Positions 13,301 to 23,240 of a stretch of 64,000 nucleotides of DNA are shown here, piece after piece. A model generated the notes under the pieces. The model searched no databases. It saw nothing but the letters and a program-made list of their open reading frames with translations, and was not told where the DNA came from. Positions within the stretch are counted from its first letter, which is position 1. The number at the start of each line of letters is the position of its first letter. Origin of the DNA: a virus (taxonomy: Duplodnaviria > Heunggongvirae > Uroviricota > Caudoviricetes); IMG/VR virus record IMGVR_UViG_2703718774_000012; one strand, 5' to 3'. The position numbers and the translations under genes were made by a program.

Positions 13301-16300
13301 GACTTCGTTGCCGCCGGGCGCGTAGCCAGCGCAATGGATTCCGACTCCCATCGTAAAGAGGCGGCGCGTCGCTGGGTATTGTCGGAGTATTCAGATACCG
13401 GTACCGAAAAAGCAGAGAAGTATCCGTACTTTGAGGATATGGGCTTCGATAGTGTGATCGCCGACGAAGGTCACAACTACCGCAATAGCTATAAAAATGG
13501 TCGCGAAGCGTCACAACTGGCCTATCTGCCCACCAGCGCGGTGGCGCAATCGGCGCGGGATATGGCAATCAAAAACGCGTACCTGATGAAAAAGAATGGC
13601 GGGCGCGGGCCGGTTCTCCTGACTGCAACGCCAGTCGTTAACACCCCGATCGATGCATACAACATGCTTTCTCATGTTCTGCCGAAGGAATACTGGCAGA
13701 AGATGGGGATCTACGGTCCTGATGACTTCGTTAAATTCTTCGGCAAGACCAGGCTGGAAACGGTACAGAAAATCAGCGGTGAAGTTGAAGAAAAAATGGC
13801 GCTGGTGGGCTTTGAAAACCTTGATGCGCTGCGCGGTATATTCCATCGCTGGGTAACGCTTAAAACGGCGGAAGACGTTAAGGATACCGTGGAGATCCCG
13901 GAGCTGGACGAACACCAGCAGGATGCACCACTTACTGAAGAACAACTGGCGGCGTATGAAGAATTGCGTCAGCAGGCGGAAGCGGCGGCCAAAGCCAACA
14001 ATGGCGTAACGACCTCGGTCAATGAAGACGGCGTGATTGAGCACGAGAAAGCCCGTCCGATCTTCTCAATAATCAGGGATATGGACCGCGTATGTACTGA
14101 CATGGACCTGTACTATCGCCGGATCACCTATCGTTTCCTGCCGGAGTACGCAGATGCGGTGCAGCAGCTGGCGGACAGTTTGCCTAAACAAGCCACCAGC
14201 GAAGACGACGACAGTGATGATTCAATCACGCAGCAATCGCAATACTCCCTGATAGATAAGGGCGAGTTTATTCAGTTGCAGGTTCCGGAAGCGTTCGAGC
14301 AGGAAGTGAATAAGCGCCTGGCCAGGTTTGGCATTGACGAACAGACCGTAACTCACCCCGTTACGCCCAAATACGCGAAGCTGATTGCCACGCTGAAGGA
14401 GTTTTTCCCGGAAGGTAAGCAAATCATCTTCACCGATGAAAAAACGCAGCACCAGAAGCTCAAGCGCATTATCTGCAATGCTCTTAACCTTGAACCTTCA
14501 AAGGTGGGGATACTGAATGCTCAGACGGTTGCCGAGGCAGGTAAAACCGGTAAGAAACTGAAAGCGGTTAAACCGCCGAAAGAGCTACCGGATGAACCAA
14601 CAGATGCACAGATAGCGAAATACAACGAGCAAATGGCTCTGTATGACGCCTATATCGCGCAGCAAAATGAAATGTCGCTGGGCGGGCTGGAAAAGATTGC
14701 TGCCGACTTCCAGGAGGGCCGGACTCCGATCATCATCTGCAACAAAAAGGCAGAGGTGGGTATCAACCTGCATCGAGGAACGACTGACATCCATCATCTG
14801 ACGTTGCCATGGACACCAGCCAGTATCGCACAGCGTAACGGTCGCGGTGCCCGAGTTGGTTCCAACCGTGCAAGCGTTCGCGTTCACTACTACTGCGGCA
14901 AGGGTTCTTTCGATGAATACCGACTGAAGACGCTGAAGCGTAAAGCAGGCTGGATCTCCGATATCCTCCGTTCAGATAAGTCAGAAATGGAGAACGCCGA
15001 CGCCAACGATATGATCGAAATGCAGATGTATACCGCTAAGGATGATGGCGAACGTCTGGCAATGATGCAGGTTCAAATGGATAAGGCGAAAGCCGCGCAA
15101 CGCGCTCGCCAGAAAGAACAGGCTACTATCGACCTTCAGAACTACATCAAGGCGCAGCACGCAGCTGGTGAGGATGTGGAGGTGCTTACCGCTGAATTAG
15201 AGCGAAGAAAAGCGGAACTCGAAAAGACCACCGCCGACGTCGCCAAATTCAAACAGGCGGTAATGGCCAAAGCAGCTGATAACGCAGACTGGAAAGCCCG
15301 CTGGGGTAGCGTCCATCACACAGACCGTACGTTGTTAGCACAGTATCGCGCGTCGTTGAAAAGCGCCATTCAGCGCAAGGCTAATATCTCTCAAGCCATC
15401 TCCCGCTATGAGAAATTATTGAACCGTACTCAGAAGGCCGCGACGGATATCAAACGCCTTCGCCCGCTGGTGGAGGATGCAATAAATAAAGGCATTCTGG
15501 ATGTTGATCCTGACCTGGTTAACCATGCGAGTGAGTTCCTTATTATCGGCGATCGCTCATGGCGTGTAGGCCAATACTACGATTGTGCCGGTGATATCGT
15601 TCGCATTAAGTCGCTGGACTTCGACAGCCAGCGCGCAGACGTGGAGATTATCTTTACCTTCAAAGGTACCAAATCGGGTAACTGGGATGTGAAGACGCTG
15701 GATAAACAGGTTGATGTAACTCCCGATGAAGATGCTGTTATGCAGAAAATCAGTGGTGGCGTCTCCATCGCCGGGATTAACGACATCATTTCCTGTGACG
15801 ATTTCTACCGTTTCCAGCAGCGCGGCATGATCAAAATCACTGACTCATACGGCGTTCAGACTACAGAGTCAGGCTATAGCATTGATTTTGTTGGTACCTA
15901 TACGGACCCACTGAAGCATGCGGTTTACCCGGATCGCCGTGACGGCGCGCTGAAGTCGTCAATTGCAAAATGGGTGCTTGGTATGATGTCTGAAGGGAAT
16001 AACCGCCAGGTCCGTTTGGCAGAAGTATTCCTGACTGAACTGTTTGGCTCCAATTATGGCGATGTAATCGCGTCATATGGAGATACGCTATCCCCTGAAG
16101 CAATTCAGGAGAAAATAGCGGATGCGATCGCCAGAATGCCGGAGAAAACAAGCCAGGGGGCTACTCGTAACGGGGATTCTGAACTTGAGGTCACCAATGC
16201 CATTTTCGGTACCCATGAGTTCCGGGCGTCAGATTATGAGATCACCACAGCACAGTTTGGCACCATTGGCATTTACAGCAATAAAGCCGAGATCAAGCAG

Positions 16301-17077
16301 GCAATGGACGCAGCAAGCGCGCGTATCGCAGCAGAACGGGAAGCCAATCTGAATCATGCAGTCGCCGCACTGACTCAATCGTGGGTAACAGCAATCAGGG
16401 AGGCCGCCACCACAGGGAAAATCACACCTGCAATTGCGGATGTCGTAAACGACGGCTCTAAATTTATGGATGCCTATCAAATGGATGCGGTGAAGTTGCC
16501 ATCAGCCTATGGTCAACTCAGCTATCGCATGACCTACAACCTGGTATCAATGTTTTCCGACCTTGCCATCCTTGGGCTGGTGGATCTTAACGAGGTTACG
16601 CCGGAATTGCTCAGCATGCGCAAGAATCATGTGGAGATATTGCAGAGAATTAACACGGTTCTTGCCGGGCGCACCGATGAAGAGAAACAGGCCGACGCTG
16701 ATCGGATAAACCTGGCCCTTGGCAACATCACGGAGGAAGAAATTGCCGCCAGAAACGAGAAACAAGAAGAGTTATCATCAATACAGGGTGATGCCACCAG
16801 CATAGCTCAGTCTCTTGGTCTGAATTATCGCGTATCCACCGCCGACCTGAAGATGATGTACGCACCAAAATTCGCCGCTGGCGAGGTATTTGGGCTTCAG
16901 GAAGCCTCAGGCATGAAAGGCGTTCTTTTCCGTGCGAAAGACGCAATCAAGGCGAAATTCGGCGCTCGCTGGCTGCCAGCGAAGGCGAAGAACAGCGATT
17001 TCCCGGGTAACTGGTGGATTATCGAGACAAAACACAACGTGGCGGACGTTCTGGCCGTCATCCAACAATACGCATAA
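10310..17077 (+). pseudogene. darB: darB-like antirestriction gene (2255-codon frame: N6-adenine methyltransferase + SF2 helicase) interrupted by in-frame TAA at 10796-10798
   Basis: Track ORFs 10310..10798 and 10841..17077 share one frame and are separated only by the TAA. SAM motif EPSAGTGVF lies before the stop and NVPFGG (NPPF-like) after it; helicase motifs GFGTGLGKTTTA and VIADEGHNYRN follow. Confidence 0.85.
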
Positions 17078-17110
17078 CAGGAGCGCCCGGTTCGCCGGGC
17101 GTCGCATAAT

Positions 17111-17551
17111 ATGGCCACACTATCTGATACAATAAAACCGAATAAAACATATCTTGAGGCGGTACTGCGTACGGCGTTGTTAGGAAAGACAGAAGACGAA
17201 TACGTTGATTTCTTCCTGTCAGGGCTACGTGGGCGATTACTGAAAAATCCCCGCCTGTACCGCAGCTATGGCCCATACTGGCCGGAAATTAAAAAATTAT
17301 TACTGGAGCGCGGTTATGGTAATTTCGGTCGTCTCGTAGACCGTGACGTTCGCAAAATTTACCGTTATGACCGCCCGGCGCTAACACTCATAGCCGCGAC
17401 GCTCTACAGCCAGGAGCGTTTTGATAATGGTCAGATATACTCAGCCTGGCATTTACTGCCAGTGCCTGAAGAAGTTGACGACCAGGACTATGAGTTTGAG
17501 TCTTACGATTTGGAAGTTGAAGCCTTGGCACAGGCTGGAGAGAAAACTTGA
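17111..17551 (+). CDS. ulx: Ulx-like protein (146 aa)
   Basis: ORF directly downstream of darB and overlapping the next gene; synteny with P1 darB-ulx-lxc. Confidence 0.55.
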   Translation: MATLSDTIKPNKTYLEAVLRTALLGKTEDEYVDFFLSGLRGRLLKNPRLYRSYGPYWPEIKKLLLERGYGNFGRLVDRDVRKIYRYDRPALTLIAATLYSQERFDNGQIYSAWHLLPVPEEVDDQDYEFESYDLEVEALAQAGEKT

Positions 17552-17796
17552 AAAAGCGATACTACACAGTAAAGCATGGGACGCTACGAGCATTACAAGA
17601 GTTTGCTGACAAGCATAACGTTGAGGTGCGCAGGGAAGGGGGAAGTAAAGCTCTGCGCATGTACCGTCCGGACGGGAAATGGCGGACGGTCGTCGATTTC
17701 AAAACTAACAGCGTTCCCCAGGGCGTCCGCGACCGGGCATTCGAAGAATGGGAACAGATCATCATAGATAACGCATTGCTCCTGAATGCGGATTGA
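17548..17796 (+). CDS. lxc: Lxc/Bof-like modulator (82 aa)
   Basis: 82-aa ORF coupled to ulx; size and position as P1 lxc. Confidence 0.55.
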   Translation: MKKRYYTVKHGTLRALQEFADKHNVEVRREGGSKALRMYRPDGKWRTVVDFKTNSVPQGVRDRAFEEWEQIIIDNALLLNAD

Positions 17797-17805
17797 TTTA
17801 TATAT

Positions 17806-17835
17806 CGGGCAGTTGTAGCTGCCCGTTAAATTTTT
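17806..17835 (+). terminator. rho-independent terminator
   Basis: CGGGCAGTTGTAGCTGCCCG hairpin followed by TTAAATTTTT. Confidence 0.8.
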
Positions 17836-17847
17836 GCCGCTCTTCAA

Positions 17848-19155
17848 TTACACTATATCTTTTACTATAGAATTAGCATCCTCCAGTACGCCAATTTCTT
17901 CGATGCGTTTTTTTATTATTAATCGATTTGAAGCAATGATTGTGGACCATCTTGTTTCCCAAGCTCTATAAGCATGCCACGAATAACCTAATCTCATTTC
18001 TTTGCTCATGTTGGACATTGAGTATTCAACGGCGTCTAAATATTCATTTTCATACTTAGTTCCACCAATTTCTAAAAGGCTGCCGAAATATATAAGCCAT
18101 TTTGCAAGCTGCTCGTATTGCTCCCAAGCACCACTCTCTCTTGTTAAATCTCTTTTTTGTTTTATTATTCTCTTGAAAAAATCAACTACTTGTCCGTCAT
18201 TCCAGTCGAAACCCTCAGATATAATCGAGGAGGTTATTTGATAGAATGAATCTTCTAATCTAAGGTATTCATCCTTATAGTTGAAAGTGCCTGATAAAAC
18301 TCTTTTTATACTTTGTCTGGCTCTTGCTATGACGCCTTCAATTAACATTATGTTAATGCTCAATCTCTTAAAGAAAGAGTCTATTTCGGTGTTGTCAATT
18401 ACTCGTATTCCAAAACAATAAAAATAATAATCCTTCATATCTTGACTTACTTCACTGCGAGAGATGAAAAATATATTAGAGCACAGAGCGTTACCTTTCG
18501 AGAATATTTTGTAATCATTTATAATTGCTTTTAGGTTCGTGTCGCTTAAAGAATAGCCTAATATCGCAACTGTATTTTCATGCAGCATCGTGCTAAGTTT
18601 TCGAGAGAAATAAGTGTCGGAGTTTATAAACCTAAAATAGTCTTCTGATGTAACAATCATGTTTTGTGGAGAGTCAATAGAACCATGGACATGATATATT
18701 TTAACTTTGGAGGGATATTTAGGAATAGGTAAGCCTGGGGTAATAGACTGAACCTCCTCATCTCCAGTTAAGTATTCAGCTAACTTGTCATAATTCGTTG
18801 TAATGACACGAAATGTTCTTTTTTGAAAAAAATCCTTTATATTTGATATATCTTCGCCAAGTTGTATTGGAGATATGATGTCAACAATTTCATCATAAAT
18901 CGACTTGCCTTCAATGTTGAGCTTCAAAGATAGTATCTGTGCGGCTTCTTCAAGACTCAGTGCTGGTGGTTTATCATCAGGGAATAACGTGTCTTCCAAC
19001 TGTTTGGCGTTGTGAACTTTGCTGCAAACTTTTTTTAATAGTTCTTTCCACGTTGGTGCTTCGCCGTTCGAGACTGCCTTTGAAAAGCCAGTCCCGGTAA
19101 ATAGACAAAGCCTGCTTGTAGCGGCAGCGTATGCTAACTCAACATATTCGCTCAT
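17848..19155 (-). CDS. SIR2-like (SIR2_2-type) protein, 435 aa; candidate defence effector
   Basis: Motifs LFTGTGFS (GAGxS-like), TTNYD, HVHGS and ILGYSLSD in the N-terminal half; markedly lower GC than flanks; RBS GGAG. Confidence 0.8.
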   Translation of the reverse strand: MSEYVELAYAAATSRLCLFTGTGFSKAVSNGEAPTWKELLKKVCSKVHNAKQLEDTLFPDDKPPALSLEEAAQILSLKLNIEGKSIYDEIVDIISPIQLGEDISNIKDFFQKRTFRVITTNYDKLAEYLTGDEEVQSITPGLPIPKYPSKVKIYHVHGSIDSPQNMIVTSEDYFRFINSDTYFSRKLSTMLHENTVAILGYSLSDTNLKAIINDYKIFSKGNALCSNIFFISRSEVSQDMKDYYFYCFGIRVIDNTEIDSFFKRLSINIMLIEGVIARARQSIKRVLSGTFNYKDEYLRLEDSFYQITSSIISEGFDWNDGQVVDFFKRIIKQKRDLTRESGAWEQYEQLAKWLIYFGSLLEIGGTKYENEYLDAVEYSMSNMSKEMRLGYSWHAYRAWETRWSTIIASNRLIIKKRIEEIGVLEDANSIVKDIV

Positions 19156-19211
19156 TACTTACTCCATTTACTTATAGTTCTATGGAGAAGTATACCCTAA
19201 TGCATTGACGT

Positions 19212-19853
19212 TTATAGATAATTTCCTTTTCCTGTTAATTCCCCTTTCGGCACCCGTTTTTGTGCCAGCGTTTGGGTTCCGCGAATTATGTTAATCAGAG
19301 GGCTTAGTAACGATGGCTCCTGGCGGGCCTCAACTTCTCCAGCCATTGCCCTGATGTAGTCGGCGCTGGCAACGTTGTTGTATTCCGTCGCAAAGCAACA
19401 TAGTAACGTCAGAACATGTTCTGTCGTTATTTCGCTCCAGTTGATGTTGAAAAATTCATCGCCTTTTTTATCGTGTTCGGAATCGAAGATGCTTTGGTGA
19501 AGGATGTATTTGCCGGATTCCTTGCGCGGTAACTTGATCGCTTTCTGGCGTTCCAATTCCTTGTAAATCTGCATTGCTTCAATCAGTACCGGTCTGCCGT
19601 TCATGAAGGGATCACGCAACCTTACACGCTGGCCAACTCGACCGGTAATAAAGCTGTTTTCCTCTTCCACCAGCACGATAAAACCCTTTTCCTCTTTTTC
19701 TCGCAATTCGCGCAGCAGCTGGAGTTCCATATCGCGGCGGCGTTCAGGGTAGCTGGTCCGCTCAGCCATGATCAGCTCATTGTTGATCCATGCAGCAGTC
19801 ATTGACGCCGGTTTGCCGACGCTCATTGAAACAACGCATATTTTCTTATCCAT
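19212..19853 (-). CDS. mat: Mat-like particle maturation protein (213 aa)
   Basis: Track ORF 19212..19880; start at ATG 19853 with RBS AGGGG; position between ref and the res/mod slot. Confidence 0.5.
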   Translation of the reverse strand: MDKKICVVSMSVGKPASMTAAWINNELIMAERTSYPERRRDMELQLLRELREKEEKGFIVLVEEENSFITGRVGQRVRLRDPFMNGRPVLIEAMQIYKELERQKAIKLPRKESGKYILHQSIFDSEHDKKGDEFFNINWSEITTEHVLTLLCCFATEYNNVASADYIRAMAGEVEARQEPSLLSPLINIIRGTQTLAQKRVPKGELTGKGNYL

Positions 19854-20041
19854 AGCGCCCCTACAAAAAAGAAAAGCCACCAGCGGCGGCTTAGCAATAC
19901 AACTGAAGGTAGCGCCCGGTACTCAGACTGTGCCGTCCATGGAATATTTGAAAAGGGATCCATCCGTACCGGGCGTGTGATGATTCTGACTGAAGTCACT
20001 TGTCAGTTGTCAATCATTTATCATTAAAAATAATATATTTA

Positions 20042-20602
20042 TTAGTGCATGATGTTTGCCATCTCATAGGCATCAGCCAGTAACTCCATCTCTGACTTGT
20101 TCAGCAAGATGAATTCTTTCTTGCCTCCAACCACACCATCGGCATGAACAGGGACCAGCCATGGGTATTTTTCTCTTACTTCAGCCGGAGCTGCATGCTG
20201 GTGGTGCCATCTACAAAGTGGCAATTGCTTTTTATGACAACCCGGCGCGGTACGACCGGCGATATGGTGCAGAGACACCTCATTAGATATTACTCCATGC
20301 ATATAGCAGGCAATGCAGGGGAGAGCGCCAAGAGCATTGGCGATGCGCCGTTCCTCCGCCGTTGGTGTTCTCCCCTTCAAGCCACGAGATTTTATTTTTA
20401 CCGCGCTTTTCCGCGTTTTGCTGGCTGGTGGGCGCTCTTTCTGTTTAGCGATACGGCGGTCGATAGAATCCCGCATTTTCTGATATTGCGATTCTCTCCA
20501 GGCGGGGTCAGCCAACTTTTCCCGTTGCCGAGCGATCGCTCGTTCTCTGGCTGCCTTCTGCCACTCGCGGCGCTGTTCAAGTTTTTGTTCGATTGTTTTC
20601 AT
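20042..20602 (-). CDS. ref: Ref recombination enhancement function, HNH endonuclease (186 aa)
   Basis: MKTIEQKLEQRREWQKAARERA... with Cys/His cluster CIACYMHG...CRWHHQH; start at internal ATG 20602 of track ORF 20042..20707. Confidence 0.9.
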   Translation of the reverse strand: MKTIEQKLEQRREWQKAARERAIARQREKLADPAWRESQYQKMRDSIDRRIAKQKERPPASKTRKSAVKIKSRGLKGRTPTAEERRIANALGALPCIACYMHGVISNEVSLHHIAGRTAPGCHKKQLPLCRWHHQHAAPAEVREKYPWLVPVHADGVVGGKKEFILLNKSEMELLADAYEMANIMH

Positions 20603-20607
20603 ATGGC

Positions 20608-20634
20608 AAAAAAAAGGCGGCCTAATGGCCGCCA
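20608..20634 (-). terminator. rho-independent terminator on minus strand abutting the ref start
   Basis: GGCGGCC-ATTA-GGCCGCC hairpin followed by nine T ending 5 nt before the ref ATG. Confidence 0.7.
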
Positions 20635-20700
20635 ATGATGTCAAGGAGTTAAGTAATGGCAACGTCTTCGTAGTTGACAAAAACTGCGGCTCAATTATAG

Positions 20701-20717
20701 CAATCAATTAGAGCAAT
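20701..20717 (-). promoter_or_regulatory. C1 operator-like site upstream of ref
   Basis: CAATCAATTAGAGCAAT, 14/17 to consensus (reverse orientation). Confidence 0.5.
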
Positions 20718-20847
20718 GGTAGATATTTTGTTAATCGAGAATCACATTTTTTCACTTCAGTACCTGTGTGCTATACTCTTTCTTGATTGATTGGATGCGG
20801 AATACAAACCCGCTCTTTTGTGCAGCCTGGCTCCTTGCCAGGCTTTT

Positions 20848-21159
20848 TTATTTCATCATGGAAGCTGTTAACGCTTTGGATCTTGCTGAACTGATTGAAA
20901 GGGCATTGTTTACCTTACCCAGGAGTTCGCCAAATTCCGCCATCACTCTAGTAAGCCCTCGCCGCGCTTCCTCCTCCGTTGCATTCATCACAAAATGTTC
21001 AGCACTCCGCATGCTTTTAACGGGGAACGCAACAGATATCGAGTCGATATCAGGCATCCTATCGCTCAATTTTACGGTGACAATGACAGATGGTGACTGA
21101 ATTTGAGAGCTTACAGACAGCACCACATATTTTCCGTCTATTTTGAAATCCTTCCGCAT
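20848..21159 (-). CDS. cra: Cra-like small protein (103 aa)
   Basis: ORF directly downstream of cre; synteny with P1 cre-cra-ref. Confidence 0.5.
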   Translation of the reverse strand: MRKDFKIDGKYVVLSVSSQIQSPSVIVTVKLSDRMPDIDSISVAFPVKSMRSAEHFVMNATEEEARRGLTRVMAEFGELLGKVNNALSISSARSKALTASMMK

Positions 21160-21175
21160 GTGTCACCATAAATAT

Positions 21176-21192
21176 CAAATAATTAGAGCAAT
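21176..21192 (-). promoter_or_regulatory. C1 operator-like site between cre and cra
   Basis: CAAATAATTAGAGCAAT, 14/17 to consensus. Confidence 0.5.
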
Positions 21193-21209
21193 CAAGTAAA
21201 AATGAACGG

Positions 21210-22241
21210 CTAATCGCCATCTTCCAGCAGGCGCACCATTGCCCCCGTTTCACTATCCAGGTTACGAATGTAGTTCATGACAATATTTACGTTGGTCCAG
21301 CCACCAGCTTGCATGATCTCCGGTATTGAAACTCCGGCGCGGGCCATATCTCGCGCGGCACCGACACGGGCACTATGTCCAGACCAGGCCAGGTATCGCT
21401 GACCAGAGTCATCTTTTGCCCCGTAAATCAATCGGTGAGTTGCTTCAAAAATCCCTTCCAGGGCGCGAGTTGATAGCTGGCTGGTGGATGATGGCGCGGC
21501 AACACCATTTTTTCTGACGCGGCAAAACAGGTAGTTATTCGGATCATCAGCTACACCAGAGACAGAAATCCATCGCTCAACCAGTTTAGTTACCCCCAGG
21601 CTAAGTGCCTTCTCTACACCAGCGGTGCTAACCAGCGTTTTCGTTCTGCCAATATGGATTAACATTCTCCCACCGTCAGTACGTGAGATATCTTTAACCC
21701 TGATCCTAGAAATTTCGGCTATACGTAACAGGGTGTTATAAGCAATCCCCAGAAATGCCAGATTACGTATATCCTGGCAGCGATCGCTATTTTCCATGAG
21801 TGAACGAACCTGGTCGAAATCAGTGCGTTCGAACGCCAGCGCCTGTTTTGCACGCTCACCGGCATCAACGTTTTCTTTTCGGATCCGTCGCATGACCAGT
21901 GAAACAGCATTGCTGTCACTTGGTCGTGGCAGCCCGGACCGACGATGAAGCATGTTTAGCTGGCCCAAATGTTGCTGGATAGTTTTTACTGCCAGACCAC
22001 GCGCCTGAAGATATAGAAGGTAATCGCGAACATCTTCAGGTTCTGCGGGAAACCATTTCCGGTTATTCAACTTGCACCATGCCGCCCACGACCGGCAAAC
22101 GGACAGAAGCATTTTCCAGGTATGATCAGAAAACGCCTGGCGATCCCTGAACATGTCCATCAGGTTCTTGCGAACCTCATCACTCGTTGCATCGACCGGC
22201 AATGCAGGCAAATTTTGGTGAACGGTTAACGAATTAGTCAT
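21210..22241 (-). CDS. cre: Cre tyrosine recombinase (343 aa)
   Basis: Near-identical to recalled P1 Cre (MTNSLTVHQNLPALPVDATSDEVRKNLMDMFRDRQAF...MVRLLEDGD); loxP lies 0.8 kb upstream. Confidence 0.98.
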   Translation of the reverse strand: MTNSLTVHQNLPALPVDATSDEVRKNLMDMFRDRQAFSDHTWKMLLSVCRSWAAWCKLNNRKWFPAEPEDVRDYLLYLQARGLAVKTIQQHLGQLNMLHRRSGLPRPSDSNAVSLVMRRIRKENVDAGERAKQALAFERTDFDQVRSLMENSDRCQDIRNLAFLGIAYNTLLRIAEISRIRVKDISRTDGGRMLIHIGRTKTLVSTAGVEKALSLGVTKLVERWISVSGVADDPNNYLFCRVRKNGVAAPSSTSQLSTRALEGIFEATHRLIYGAKDDSGQRYLAWSGHSARVGAARDMARAGVSIPEIMQAGGWTNVNIVMNYIRNLDSETGAMVRLLEDGD

Positions 22242-22633
22242 TTATTATGCGTGATTTTAACAGTTAAGCCTTGTTCATGAAGTATCTCATCAATAATTCG
22301 AATCACATCCCCTGGTAGATCATCGTTCTCGAAATATCTGTGATCGGGGATTTCTACAGTGATTGGGGTTGCTGCTTTATGCAAAATCCGAACAATCTTT
22401 TTTTCTTTTTTGCATGTTGCATATTCAGCCTCTTCGATATCTATCCAGCTCGCACCATCAAATTGCTGGTAAACCCGAGTGTATAGTAAGCGGTTTCGCT
22501 TTACTTCTTCTGCTAACTCCCAAATTGCAACAGCCATAGCACGTTCATTTTCATTCGTTCCAGGGTTAGCAGCTTTTTGTTTTGCGTCGTTCAGTAAGGC
22601 GTTTACCTTGGCATCTGTCAGGCCATTAAACAT
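22238..22633 (-). CDS. hypothetical protein (131 aa) translationally coupled to cre
   Basis: Its TGA overlaps the cre ATG (ATGA); about 40% GC; no motif recognised. Confidence 0.55.
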   Translation of the reverse strand: MFNGLTDAKVNALLNDAKQKAANPGTNENERAMAVAIWELAEEVKRNRLLYTRVYQQFDGASWIDIEEAEYATCKKEKKIVRILHKAATPITVEIPDHRYFENDDLPGDVIRIIDEILHEQGLTVKITHNK

Positions 22634-22652
22634 TCATCACCTCATGATCAAG

Positions 22653-22874
22653 TTAAATTATTGTTTTCAGCAGAGTGTACAGGATTGGCTCTGCCTTTAC
22701 CTGGTTATGGTTCTCGTCATAGAAACGCCAGCGACCGCGCGTGCGTTCTATTTTCTCTTCACCGCGAGATAATGACAGTTGGTAACTATCACGCTCAAAC
22801 CATTTTGCCCGCCAGTAACCACGGTTTTTCTCAAGCTCAAGATGAGTGGACACTTTAGCAGCTGAATATCCCAT
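22653..22874 (-). CDS. hypothetical small protein (73 aa)
   Basis: ORF track only; may overlap the cre promoter region. Confidence 0.3.
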   Translation of the reverse strand: MGYSAAKVSTHLELEKNRGYWRAKWFERDSYQLSLSRGEEKIERTRGRWRFYDENHNQVKAEPILYTLLKTII

Positions 22875-22970
22875 TTTTCACCTCTGATTGATTGGTGGTG
22901 CTAAGTGCGCTACGCGAAATCTGGAGCACTAACACTGCCAACATTTCGCAGATTTTACGTAGCGCAACCT

Positions 22971-22992
22971 TGATCAAATGATCAAGTGATCA
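22971..22992. promoter_or_regulatory. three TGATCA (Dam GATC) hexamers in the lox-cre regulatory region
   Basis: TGATCA at 22971, 22979 and 22987, 8 bp apart; P1 cre promoters are known to be Dam-sensitive. Confidence 0.5.
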
Positions 22993-23063
22993 CTATTTGA
23001 CCTGATAAGGTATTGAACTGTATGGATTTACAGGTAAATTAATCATGTTCAATAACTCTTAAG

Positions 23064-23097
23064 ATAACTTCGTATAATGTATGCTATACGAAGTTAT
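23064..23097. other. loxP: loxP site (Cre recombination target)
   Basis: Exact 34-bp ATAACTTCGTATA-ATGTATGC-TATACGAAGTTAT. Confidence 0.98.
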
Positions 23098-23140
23098 TAG
23101 GTCTGAAGAGGAGTTTACGTCCAGCTGCGCATAAAAATCA

Positions 23141-23157
23141 AGAATTATTAGAGCAAT
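23141..23157 (-). promoter_or_regulatory. C1 operator (c1/coi control region)
   Basis: AGAATTATTAGAGCAAT, 15/17 to consensus. Confidence 0.7.
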
Positions 23158-23223
23158 AAATCTTGAGAGAAAAATCCCACTCCACCAGCCAAAAACTGGA
23201 TTGTTTTTCATAGTTGTTTGACA

Positions 23224-23240
23224 ATTGCTCTAATAAATTA
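23224..23240 (+). promoter_or_regulatory. C1 operator (c1/coi control region)
   Basis: ATTGCTCTAATAAATTA, 16/17 to consensus. Confidence 0.8.

Noticed and set aside
17848-19155. SIR2-like gene as a Thoeris ThsA
   Set aside because: No adjacent TIR-domain ThsB gene, and the C-terminal region lacks a recognisable SLOG-like motif; kept as an unclassified SIR2-like gene.
20603-20707. N-terminal extension of ref (221-aa track ORF)
   Set aside because: The extension runs through a terminator hairpin and operator-like site; the conserved Ref sequence starts at ATG 20602.
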